A DNA stretch of 64,000 nucleotides from contig NC_135667.1 in assembly GCF_964188315.1 (NCBI RefSeq), positions 25,172,001 to 25,236,000 of the forward strand, written 5' to 3'. The notes below the pieces were generated by a model that searched no databases, was not told where the DNA came from, and worked only from the letters and a program-made list of their open reading frames with translations. This DNA is from Podarcis muralis (Eukaryota). Each line of letters begins with the position of its first letter. The stretch's first letter is position 1. This document shows, piece by piece, positions 47,656-59,276 of the stretch. Made by a program: the position numbers and the translations under genes.

Positions 47656-49527
47656 AATAATAATAATAATAATAATAATTTATTATTTATACCCCGCCCA
47701 TCTGGCTGGGCCTCCCCAGCCACTCTGGGCGGCTTCCATAAAAACCAAAAATACAATAAAATATCACATGTTAAAAACTTCCCTGAACAGGGCTGCCTTA
47801 AGATGTCTCTTGAATGTCAGGTAGTTATTTATCACTTTGACATCTGCTGGAAGGGCGTTCCACAGGGTGGGCGCCACTACCGAGAAGGCCCTCTGCCTGG
47901 TTCTCTGTAGCTTTGCTTCTCGCAATGAGGGAACCGCCAGAAGGCCCTCGGCGCTGGACCTCAGCGTCCGGGCAGAATGATGGGGGTGGAGACGCTCCTT
48001 CAGGTATACTGGACCGAGGCCGTTTAGGGCTTTAAAGGTCAGCACCAACACTTTGAATTGTGCTCGGAAACGTACTGGGAGCCAATGCAAGTCTTTCAAG
48101 ACCGGTGTTATATGGTCTCGGCGGCCGCTCCCAGTCACCAGTCTAGCTGCCGCATTCTGGATTAGTTGTAGTTTCTGAGTCACCTTCAAAGGTAGCCCCA
48201 CGTAGAGTGCATTGCAGTAGTCCAAGCGGGAGATAACCAGAGCATGCACCACTCTGGCGAGACAGTCCGCAGGCAGATAGGGTCTCAGCCTACGTACCAG
48301 ATGGAGCTGGTAAACAGCTGCCCTGGACACGGATTTGACCTGTGCCTCCATAGACAGCTGTGAGTCCAAAATGACTCCCAGGCTGCGCACCTGGTCCTTC
48401 AGGGGCACAGTTACCCCATTCAGGACCAGGGAATCCTCCACACCTGCCCGCTTCCTGTCCCCCAAAAACAGTACTTCTGTCTTGTCAGGATTCAACCTGA
48501 ATCTGTTAGCCGCCATCCATCCTCCAACCGCCTCCAGACACTCACACAGGACCTTCACCGCCTTCACTGGTTCTGATTTAAAAGAGAGGTAGAGCTGGGT
48601 ATCATCCGCATACTGATGAACACCCAGCCCAAACCTCCTGATGATCTCTCCCAGCGGCTGCATGTAAATGTTAAAAAGCATGGGGGAGAGGACAGAACCC
48701 TGAGGCACCCCACAAGTGAGAGCCCAGGGGTCTGAACACTCATCCCCCACCACCACTTTCTGAACACGGCCCAGGAGGAAGGAGCGGAACCACTGTATAA
48801 CAGTGCCCCCAGCTCCCAGCCCCTCAAGACGGTCCAGAAGGATGCTATGGTCGATGGTATCAAACGCCGCTGAGAGATCCAGCAGAACTAGGAAACAGCT
48901 CTCACCTTTGTCCCTAGCCCGCCGGAGATCATCAACCAGTGCGACCAAGGCAGTTTCAGTCCCATGATGAGGCCTGAATCCCGACTGGAAGGGATCCAAA
49001 TGGTCCGCTTCTTCCAGGCGTGCCTGGAGTTGTTCGGCAACCGCTCGCTCAATCACCTTGCCCAGGAATGGAAGATTTGAGACTGGGCGATAGTTGGCCA
49101 TCGTGGCCGCATCTAAAGATGGTTTTTTAAGAAGCGGTTTAATAACCGCCTCTTTCAGCGGGTCTGGGAAGGCTCCCTCACGGAGGGAAGCATTCACCAC
49201 CCCACGAAGCCCATTGCCCAGTCCTTCCCGGCTAGCTTTTATAAGCCAGGATGGGCAAGGATCCAGGAGACAGGTGGTTGGTTTCACTCGTCCAAGCAGC
49301 CTGTCCACATCCTCGGAGGTAACAGATTGGAATTGATCCCACTCAACTTGACTAGACAGAACTCTAGCACTCTCCCGCCCCGGCCCTGCTCCCACGGTGG
49401 AGTCTACTTCTTCCCGAATCTGAGCGATTTTATCTGCAAAAAACTTTGCAAAATCATTGCAGGAGAACATGTGGCCCGTACTGGGCCCCGATGTTGCAGG
49501 TGGTTCCGCTAAATTGTGAACCACCTG
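47656..49527 (-). mobile_element. Young 5'-truncated L2-clade LINE with an uninterrupted 586-aa RT ORF (47764-49524)
   Basis: NYRPVSNLPFLGK, QSGFRPHHGTETAL, LLDLSAAFDTIDH, GVPQGSVLSP, YADDTQLY; (TTA)n tail; empty site in unit A at ~30645-30655. Confidence 0.95.
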
Positions 49528-49747
49528 AAATAGTCTGTCTTACTCCTCTAACCATAAAAATGTTCGCCACACAAGTCATATTCATAGCCTTCTTGCTAGT
49601 ATTTGGTGATAAGGACCCATATGGATTTGAAAATATCAGTTGGATTCACAGCAATCTACATAGATCACCTTCCATATTAGTACTTTAGAGATAAGAGCTG
49701 ATTATGGTATGCTAGGATTTCTTCTTAAAAAGGATTTCTTCTTCTTT

Positions 49748-50917
49748 GTTAACCAACTGACTGACAAACATATCTACATGCCTCTAGCTACCATCCCAAA
49801 CATACCAAACAGTCCATTGTATATAGCCAGGCACTACGTTACAGCCGTATCTGTTCCAATTCTACAGACAGAGACTCTCACCTAAGAGATCTACAGCAAA
49901 CCTTTTTAGAACTAAAATACCCAGCAGATGAAGTTAGACAACAGTTCAACAGAGCCAGACTGATAACCAGAGAGAACTTGCTGCAAGACAGACCCAAAAA
50001 AGAAAATAACAGAACACCTCTAGTCATCACATACAGCTCCCAAGTTAAAACAGTACAACGCATCATCAGAGATCTACAACCTCTCCTGGACAATGACAGT
50101 TCTCTTTCTCAAGCTCTGGGAGGAAGACCTTTCATTGCCTACTGACAGCCACTCAATCTTAAACAACTCCTAACCCACAATAATACTACAACCAGACTTA
50201 ACACGGACACTGGCACCAGAGCCTGCAATAAACCCAGATGCCAACTTTGCTGCCACATACACCCAGACAACACCATTACTGGCCCCAACAACATCACACA
50301 TACCATCTCGGGACTATTTAATTGCTCATCGTCTAACATTGTGTATGCCATCAAATGCCAACAGTGTCCTTCAGCTCTCTATATTGGACAAACAGGCCAA
50401 ACCTTACGCCAAAGAATAAACGGACGTAAATCTGACATCAAGAATCACAAGACAGAGAAACCAGTAGGAGAACACTTCAATCTCCCAGGACATTCTATAC
50501 AAGATCTCAAAGTAGCTGTTTTACTACAAAGGAATTTCAGAAATAGACTGGAAAGAGAAGCTGCTGAATTGCAACTCATTACCAAACTTAAAACCATGGA
50601 GAGACCTGGTCTGAACAAAGACATTGGATTCTTATCTCATTATACATGACAAAGCCATTTTTCACCTTCTCACCCCTTGCTTTTTCCTGTAAGACCTATT
50701 GCAGTCATTAAGAGTCGTCAACAGGCTCATCACAGCTATCTGCCAATCACCCATTCCCACCACCCTTCTGAGTAATACCCCTCCCAACCTTCTCACTATA
50801 TAGAAGGATCTGGCAACTTCTGTTTCAGTGTATCTGAAGAAGTGTGCATGCACACGAAAGCTCATACCAAGAACTAACTTAGTTGGTCTTTAAGGTGCTA
50901 CTGGAAGGAATTTTTTT
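49748..50917 (+). mobile_element. Penelope-like retroelement 3' part (RT thumb plus GIY-YIG endonuclease), running into the gap
   Basis: In-frame PTD*QTYLHASSYHPKHTKQSIVYSQALRYSRICS...CNKPRCQLC...VYAIKCQQCPSALYIGQTGQTLRQRING..SDI...VGEHFNLPGH; TGA stops at 49762 and 50143 (probable CGA decay); hammerhead in the 3' terminus. Confidence 0.93.
50830..50867 (+). ncRNA. Minimal type I hammerhead ribozyme motif (Penelope family 1)
   Basis: GTAT-CTGAAGA-a-GTGTGCATGCACAC-GAAA-GC-TC-ATAC: stem I GTAT/ATAC, palindromic stem II, AGCT stem III, cleavage predicted after C50863. Confidence 0.8.
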
Positions 50918-51401
50918 NNNNNNNNNNNNNNNNNNNNNNNNNNNNNNNNNNNNNNNNNNNNNNNNNNNNNNNNNNNNNNNNNNNNNNNNNNNNNNNNNNN
51001 NNNNNNNNNNNNNNNNNNNNNNNNNNNNNNNNNNNNNNNNNNNNNNNNNNNNNNNNNNNNNNNNNNNNNNNNNNNNNNNNNNNNNNNNNNNNNNNNNNNN
51101 NNNNNNNNNNNNNNNNNNNNNNNNNNNNNNNNNNNNNNNNNNNNNNNNNNNNNNNNNNNNNNNNNNNNNNNNNNNNNNNNNNNNNNNNNNNNNNNNNNNN
51201 NNNNNNNNNNNNNNNNNNNNNNNNNNNNNNNNNNNNNNNNNNNNNNNNNNNNNNNNNNNNNNNNNNNNNNNNNNNNNNNNNNNNNNNNNNNNNNNNNNNN
51301 NNNNNNNNNNNNNNNNNNNNNNNNNNNNNNNNNNNNNNNNNNNNNNNNNNNNNNNNNNNNNNNNNNNNNNNNNNNNNNNNNNNNNNNNNNNNNNNNNNNN
51401 N
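50918..51401. other. Assembly gap (N)
   Basis: Run of Ns; the right edge is paralogous to 32138. Confidence 1.
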
Positions 51402-53398
51402 NGATAGATCTAACACACATTCACAGATTATAGACCTACACACATTGAGTCTATTGTGGATTAAAGTAATCACAACTTCTGAAAAGTACCAGCTGGCTTC
51501 TGACCTTTTTTCTTATGTCAATATGTACCATTACTTGTTGACAAAATTGACTGAAATGTTGTGAAATGCCAGTCACATTAAATTGTGTATTCTATGTTAC
51601 TGTGCAAAAACCTGACATGAAATACTTGCTATGAATATAAACTCCACATATTTCTTGTACAGTCCTCCTATTCAATGTGTGTGTGTGTGTGTGTGTGCAT
51701 GCATGTGTATCCCCTAAGTGGGTTAGATTTCCTATGTAAACTGTCAGTGCTGTCTGCTACAGTTCCTGAGTCATAGCAACAGATTCAATAGTTACACTAA
51801 GTATTTGGAAAGCAAAGGGGTCTAGACTTCCCTCCTCGTTCTTTGAGCCACTCTCCTGTTGAATCTATAGGCCATAGCATGTCATATAGGATTTTGGTTG
51901 TTGTTGTTAATGAAAGTGATAGGAAAATGTCCTGAGGAGTGTAGGAGATGCGATTTGTGCAAACAAATCAGAATGGATGTTCAACAGATAGCAGAAGTCA
52001 CCTCCAATAGATAGCATCTCCAAGAAGCTTTGTGAAAATCACAATACTATTTAATAAATTGGTTGCATGGAAGAACTAACACTTGACCTAGAAATCATTG
52101 TCAAGATAGCCAGATCACAAAGTCCTGCACAGCATGGGGCTTCTTCACCCAGCCTAGTGCTGCTCTCTTTCCCACTTTCTGGTTCTTGAGGGCAGATTCT
52201 ACTTTGCATACCCTGAAAACAAACCCTTGAAATAAACTCAACTTAATTGAATCTCTGTGCTGATTATCCTTAGGGAATGGAAAAGTTAACAAGGTTGGAA
52301 CTGAAGGGAGTTGTGTTGTTTCAAATGCTTCAGGGAAATGAGGAGTTTGTGGTAAGTCAGATATGGATTTATATTTCAATCAAATGTACCCTTGTGAATA
52401 GTATTTTGATGCCTGTGAAGATGCTAGATGGTCCAGTCATCCACCAACTTCCTATTTTCTGCTCCAGTTTTCACACACACACTCACCAAACTTTTTAAAA
52501 GCCAGAGATTCCTGGGGAATATACAGTTGTTTCTTCCAATTCTGCTCTACATTTTAAACAATCTATCTCATTTGAAACAGATTGCAGCTGGAATGTGTTT
52601 CGTGTAAAAAGCAGGTAAATTATTAGCAACGGGTTTAGGATGTTAGAACTATTGTTGGCAAGGGAAAAGGTAGGCATGAAAGAACATTCCCTGGGCAAGT
52701 ACTTTTTGGTGACAGAATCCCAGCTGGACTAAAAATCATAAAATATGCAGCAAAGTAAAGCACATATATATAGGCTATAAAATCTTTTAAAAATATCATT
52801 CTAAATTCCTTCCAAGGTTCCCCTCTTCCCCACAATAAAAAGACTGCACGTTTGGTAAGTTAAAAATGATTTACTCATAAACTCTCCAAAGGAGATATTC
52901 ATGTGCTTTTCCATACAGCATTCAGAAAGAATTGCACAGGCAGTAAAACTTGGCTTAGTTACAGTGGTGAAAGTTCCTATATTATTGGTTTTGGAACTCA
53001 ATAGTGGTCTGTAAGAGCTATGAGGTTTGTGTTGCAGCAACCAGCTCAGATATCGTCTTGATTAACTTGTCTGTCCCAAGGTGAGCTAAGATGGACATGA
53101 CAGTTTACTCCATGGTTTTAACCTCTTTATGCATGAATTGGACTTTTTTAAAAAACATAATTTTATTAATCTAGATTTTCAAGATAGCCTACAAAAGAGA
53201 ACCATAAAACAAATAAAACAAATAAAAACAGATTAAAACTAGACTTAAGAATTTCAGTTATATGAGGCTCATTATAATGCATAAACATCAGCTTCCCTTC
53301 TATACCTGTGTAATGTGTGAAGCAGTAGGTTGGTTATCACATTGTGAGTAATGGGAAAGGGTTATTAGCAAGAACCACATTTCCAGTGCGTATCTTAT

Positions 53399-53644
53399 GC
53401 CAGTGTGGTGTAGTGGTTAAGAGCGGTAGTCTCTTAATCTGGGGAACCGGGTTCGCGTCTCTGCTCCTCCACATGCATCTGCTGGGTGACCTTGGGCTAG
53501 TCACACTTCTTTGAAGTCTCTCAGCCCCACTCACCTCACAGAGTGTTTGTTGTGGGGGAGGAAGGGAAAGGAGAATGTTAGCCGCTTTGAGACTCCTTAA
53601 AGGGAGTGAAAGGCGGGATATCAAATCCGAACTCTTCTTCTTCT
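53399..53644 (+). mobile_element. Squam2 SINE (unit B only)
   Basis: Same consensus; it replaces about 16-20 bp that are present at ~35095-35115 in unit A. Confidence 0.9.
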
Positions 53645-54479
53645 ACTTAGAAAAGGATGCTGTGATTACTAAGGTCTACGATAGATTTCTAAAAAGCAAG
53701 TCATGCCAATTTTCCCTTAAACATCTGGAAATTAAGAAAGCAAGATTGCCAACAAATGTGAAGAAATTATCCAAAAAATGGGGAGGGGGGAGAGAGAGAT
53801 GTGAAAACTCACGAATCAATGTCAGTAAAAAGAATACTTATTCATTTTAAAGCTATGACTCTTACTGTTAAAACAAATAGAATTTTAAAGGCAAATCTGT
53901 TGATTACATAGTTAGAAAAGGTTAAGTTCAGTTGTTTGATATTATGCACATATGGGTATTTGCATATTAATAAATTATATGTTCTAAATTACTACATTGA
54001 ACAATATATGTTAAAGACAATAGATATTACCAGAAGTGTAATACAATGTGTGAATTATTGCAGAGGTATGAAAAAGGTGGATGTTTGAATAAAGCAAGGG
54101 TGTAGAAGTAATGAAAGGGTGGGAAGTAGCTGTTTTAAACAATGGCAAAAGTTTGAATAAAGTTGATGTGGGGGGATCCAGAGAGGAAAGTGGCACAGTT
54201 TTAAATGACATAAGAAGTTTGATTGATGGTGAGGTGAACAAACACTGGGTGTGTGTTTTGTTTTAAAAAGCAGTTTTGACAAGGAGAAATAACACAGATG
54301 ATTAGAACACACAAGTTGATTCCAAAAAGAGAAAAATTGTATGGGCAGTGAACAATACCACATCATATTGAAGCTTAGTGGCATCAACATGTTCAAGTGA
54401 TTCCTTAGTGATATGGAATTTCAATCAGGACACCAGTTATAGATACACTTATCATTGCAGGTGGAGTCTTTCGGGTGAT

Positions 54480-55409
54480 ATGTGGATTCAGAATGAGACC
54501 TCCGTGAATGAATTCATTCTTCTTGGCTTCACCAGTCATCCAACATTGCAACGTATCCTATTGACACTGTGCCTAGTCATATATCTCATCACTTTATTTG
54601 GCAACAGCCTCATCATCTTCTTGATCTGGGTTGACTCCCGCCTCCATACAGGAATGTACTTTTTCATTGCTAACCTTTCTTTCTTAGATATATTCGGCAC
54701 ACAGGTCACTTACCCCCAGATGCTATTCCATATGGCTTCCAGAACCAATAATATCTCTTTCAACAGATGCATGGCCCAGCTCCTCCTGACTCTGTTCTGT
54801 GGAATGGCTGAGTGCTTCATCTTGGCTCTCATGGCATATGATCGCTATGTGGCCATATGTCAACCACTGCGGTACCCAACCATCATGAGGATGCAAGTGT
54901 GTATCCCGATGGCAGGAGCCTGTTGGCTAGTAGGCTTCTTCAATGCTGCAGCACTGACAGTTATCACCCTAAGTTTCCCCTTCTGTGGACCCAACGAAAT
55001 CAACCATTTCTTTTGTGAGGAGCCTGCTGTGTTGCAGCTGGTTTGCATGGACACCTACATAGTAAAAGTCCTCATATTTACCCTGAGTGTCCTTGTGCTC
55101 ATGTTGCCTTTCACTTTTATAGTGATCTCCTACATCTACATTGCCAGGGTGGTGTTCAGCATAAAGTCAGCAAGGGGACGGCAACGAGCATTTTCCACTT
55201 GTGCTACTCACCTCACTGTTGTCACAATGTTCTACACCACCATCGGCTTCACTTACTTGCAGCCCCGGTCTGAACAAGCTGCAGACCAGGAGAAGACAGC
55301 TTCTGTTTTCTATGCTTTTTTCTCCCCAATGGTGAACCCTGTCATTTACAGCCTGAGGAACAAGGATGTTAAAGGAGCCTTGTTCAAATTGATGGGGAAA
55401 GTAAGCTGA
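54480..55409 (+). CDS. Olfactory receptor OR9 (MWIQNETS...), 309 aa, duplicate of OR7
   Basis: Same motif set as OR7; positional paralogue in duplication unit B. Confidence 0.96.
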   Translation: MWIQNETSVNEFILLGFTSHPTLQRILLTLCLVIYLITLFGNSLIIFLIWVDSRLHTGMYFFIANLSFLDIFGTQVTYPQMLFHMASRTNNISFNRCMAQLLLTLFCGMAECFILALMAYDRYVAICQPLRYPTIMRMQVCIPMAGACWLVGFFNAAALTVITLSFPFCGPNEINHFFCEEPAVLQLVCMDTYIVKVLIFTLSVLVLMLPFTFIVISYIYIARVVFSIKSARGRQRAFSTCATHLTVVTMFYTTIGFTYLQPRSEQAADQEKTASVFYAFFSPMVNPVIYSLRNKDVKGALFKLMGKVS

Positions 55410-55684
55410 GTCTCACCTTTAGAAAGGGGTTCCTGTCTTTAAAAATCAGGAAAGAAATGGTTGTATGGAAGAGGTGGATGAATTTGGGTATATTAATGTT
55501 AGACTAGCCGATAAATGAAGACGGTGAATTTTATACATATTCCATTTTAAGAGACAAAGACAGATTACCTACAAATGCTCAATGGTGGTATCTCCAGATA
55601 AAACACTTGCTAATCACCATGTAAGGACCAGCAGTTTTTTCAGCCTCAGAGACCCCATAGATATTGAAGCAACTGATTCATTCT

Positions 55685-55727
<43 letters not shown>

Positions 55728-56370
55728 AACAGCCAGTAACGTATATAAATCTTTGTTATTAGCAAACTATTTGATATACAGGTATTGTGGTAGGAATTGA
55801 ATAAAGAATTAGAGATCTGGAAAGCACAGTTTGGCAGTATCTACCTCTTACATATCCAAGGAAGTTAGTCTGTTCCACATACTTTATATGCACAGCAGAA
55901 GAAACCAGTATAGCCAAGGGGGGGAAAAGCTGCAATGGGCTTCTCACAGTGTTGATTTAAACCCAAACCTCACTATCAGAAAACCTCTTTGTTCAGCATT
56001 CATCCTGATTTGTTTGTGGGGAGATTGGATTATGTCTGTTATCTACTGATAGTTCATTCTGATTACTTTACAAGGCAGATAGATGGTATTGCATGGGCAA
56101 ATGTTAGCCTACACTTCCCAGGGCATTTTCCCATCACTTTTCTTATTTGAAAAAGCCCAACTCTGGGGGACAAATGGAACCTTTCACTCTCTCACTTTTG
56201 TCTTTGCACCTGACCTTGAACCCAAACCATGAAATGATCCACAAGAAATTTTGTTGTGAAAAGAGTGACATCACAAAAGACAAAGAACATCATTTGCTTA
56301 ATGGGGTTGCTACAGGTATATCAATTGTATATTTATTTATATATTTTATATGATACTAATGTTTACCTAA

Positions 56371-56404
<34 letters not shown>

Positions 56405-56871
56405 TAAATGTAGCCCATGCCCATCTTTGCTTCTCACACTTTTGTCTGATTCACACATAGAGTGAGATGTTTAGAGAGGCTACCCTGCTGTCCTAAGGGG
56501 ATACATCTTATATCAGCTGTTTCAATGATATCCAGAATGATGTATTTTTTAAAAAAATCATTTGATCAGCACATGACATTTAAACAAATCCTCCTCCAGC
56601 ATACGGAAAAGTGTGTATTTAAAATTTGTTGGGCAGAAGCATTATCCCTATTGCATCTCTAACAGTTGGATACCTTAGATAGCCCCCTTTAAAACAAACG
56701 TAATTAGGTCTAGTATATTCTAAGTATTTTTTGTTGTTGTATGAGCCTCAATTTAAGGTCCAGAGACACCCCTGTTAGAGCAGTTAAAACAGTTTCCCAT
56801 TGTGTAGTCAAAATTGAGATCTCTAATTCTTTCTTCCAACCCTCCCTCAGTACCTGCATATCAGATTGGTT

Positions 56872-57472
56872 TTGGCCTCGGTCCTGTATACCTGAAGGAG
56901 CGTCTCCACCCCCATCGTTCAGCCCGGACACTGAGATCCAGCGCCGAGGGCCTTCTGGCGGTTCCCTCATTGCGAGAAGTGAGGCTACAGGGAACCAGAC
57001 AGAGGGCCTTCTCGGTAGTGGTGCCCGCCCTGTGGAACGCCCTCCCATCAGATGTCAAAGAGATAAATAATTACTGTATTTTTTGCTCTATAAGACACAC
57101 CAGACGACAAGACGCACCTAGTTTTTGGAGGAGGAAAAAAAGAAAAAAAATATTCTGAATCTCAGAAGCCAGAAAAGCAAGAGGGATCACTGCGCAGTGG
57201 AAGCAGCAATCCCTCTTGCTGTTCTGGCTTCTGGGATAGCTGCGCAGCCTGCACTCGCTCCATAAGACGCACACACATTTCCCCTTACTTTTTAGGAGGG
57301 AAAAAGTGAGTCTTATAGAGCAAAAAATACGGCACCTCACATTCAGAAGACATCTTAAGGCAGCCCTGTTCAGGGAAGTTTTTAATATGTAATGCTGTAC
57401 TGTTTTTAACACTGATTGGGAGCCGCCCAGAGTGGCTGGGGAAACTCAGCCAGATGGGCGGGGTATAAATAA

Positions 57473-57523
<51 letters not shown>
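56872..57523 (+). mobile_element. L2 LINE 3' end with a nested MITE
   Basis: Highly similar to the 3' end of the 47656 element (GPVYLKERLHPH.SARTLRSSAEGLL); (TTA)n tail at 57474-57523. Confidence 0.9.
57074..57332. mobile_element. pogo/Tc2-type MITE nested in an L2 3' end
   Basis: TIR ctgtattttttgctctataagac / gtcttatagagcaaaaaatacgg; left flank TA, right flank CA. Confidence 0.8.
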
Positions 57524-58445
57524 TTCTTATAACAAAGATTTATATATGTTGTTGGATGTTTTTGGGTTTTTTTTGGCAGGAGGTTGCATGTAAGAATTAG
57601 TCAACTGCTTCAATATCTCTGGGGTCTCTGAGGCTGTAAAAGCTGCTGGTCCGTAGATGGTGGTTACCAAGTGTTTTACCTGGAGATAACTGCCGTTGAG
57701 CATTTGTAGGCAATCTGTATTTGTCTCTTAAATTGGAATATGTATAAAATTCATTCTCTCCGTTTATCAGCTGGTCTAATGTTAATATACCCAAATTCAT
57801 CCACCTCTTCCAAATGACCATTTCTTTCCTGATTTTTAAAGATGGGTTTCCCCACAAAGTCCTTTTGTCGTGTGGAAAAATGTCAAATTTATATTTTTGG
57901 GACATATGGTGCCATATTGTTCGAACTGATGTTATTGTTTCAATAACATCTTGAGTATGCTACATAGGAATATTCCAAAGCAGCCCAATTTAGACAGTTG
58001 TTGTCAGTTATGGGTCTCCAGAATTGTGTACCTGATGCTAAATATGCTTTGTGATACAATTCTAAGCCTGGGATCCGAAATCCTTCTCCTTTAATTTAAA
58101 CATATGTTTTTTTCATTGTCCTATATTGAAATATTTGTGGCAGAAGGTAACTGAAACTATCAATAGAACTGTATGGAACAACTTATATTTACAGAGCAAA
58201 ATATCCCCTTGAATTATATACACAGCACATGAAACCTTACAAAAGGACAATACGAGTGGACTCCCCGTGCTCTTACCACAGCAAAAAGACTGATCCTGAT
58301 GAATTGGGGCAGGGGGGCGGGGATGCGGCTCTCTTCTACAATTGGATTGAAGGCTTATAAACTTGCAGCATATGAACAACTTGCATACAAACACAGATTT
58401 GCCATGGACAAATTCAATATTTGGAACCATTCTTATAAATACTGT
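57524..58445. mobile_element. Old L1-clade fragment with a minus-strand part (57524-~58040) and a plus-strand part (~58050-58445)
   Basis: Minus strand: LWGNP...WKRWMNLGILTLDQL...LRDKYRLP. Plus strand: HMFF.CP...LW.KV..TI, TTAKRLILMNW, IWEPF. Confidence 0.65.
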
Positions 58446-58459
58446 AATAGGTTAAGATC

Positions 58460-59276
58460 TGGTGAAGTACAATAAAGCGTGTTCTCCTTATGGAGAGCAC
58501 GTGTTACAGTGGGGTCTAACAGGCCACCCCTCTGTTGCTGGGTGGGATAATTTAGATGGCCATTGGCAGTGACTGGCCTGTTTGGGTTATTGGGGAAATT
58601 TTGATGTTGCCAATTTATGGGATAGACCAAAGGCTTTATACACAGGGCACGCAGCATTGAGCTTTCTCTTTCGCTGCGTGCACCGGATCACCCGCCCACC
58701 CTAATTTAGGGCTATTGTGTTTGACCTTGCTATGCCTGTCATGGGGTCGTCTGCTGTTGGGGGAGGGGCCTGGTAGGAATTTTGTCCATTTGGCTGATTG
58801 GCTGGTGCCATTTGGTTTTTGCCTACTGCATAGAAAATCGTCACAACTTGTAAGGTTGCAGTTAGGCATTGGTTAAAAATTGGTTGATGGAGGGGTAGGG
58901 ATTGGCTGTGCCTGTGCCTCCAATACTGCTGCTGCAAGGGAATTCCGTTAAAGGAATCCAGGGGCTTGCCATGCTTTCATCCACATCCCTGGTGTGGGGC
59001 TTGGGCCATGCAAGCCCCTGGGAGCATGTAGGGAGAGATGAGGGTCTGGTGCCCGGCTCCATTTTCTTCCCAATATTGTTTTCCCTTACTGGCTTTTGCT
59101 GGAATCCGGAAGTCGGTTCTGTCCCTGGGCGGGGACTGATAGTCATAACCAATGCCTAAGCAACCACTCACATTTAGGCATTTTAATAAAGTTGTGGCCA
59201 AAATTATGCCAAAAATCTTAAAGAAAAATTCTGTGTGAATTGTGATTTATTTGGGGGTGGCTTGGGGACCTTGACA
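58460..59276 (+). mobile_element. Solo LTR-like element, copy 3
   Basis: aaagcgtgttctcc...gagagcacgtgtt start shared with copy 2; aataaagttgtggccaaaattatgcc; ends ttgaCA. Confidence 0.65.

Larger units (their letters stand above)
38036..56570 (+). repeat. Segmental duplication unit B (OR stub, OR8, OR6 paralogue missing or in gap, OR9)
   Basis: Head-to-tail copy of unit A with different TE insertions; the junction at ~38035 is contiguous sequence. Confidence 0.93.

Noticed and set aside
50883-51473. ORFs spanning N runs (also near 11322, 16061 and 31867)
   Set aside because: Artefacts of translating gaps.
19693-56570. Possibility that A and B are two haplotypes falsely placed in tandem
   Set aside because: Divergence throughout, about 15 differential TE insertions and a contiguous novel junction favour true paralogy, although only long reads can exclude it fully.
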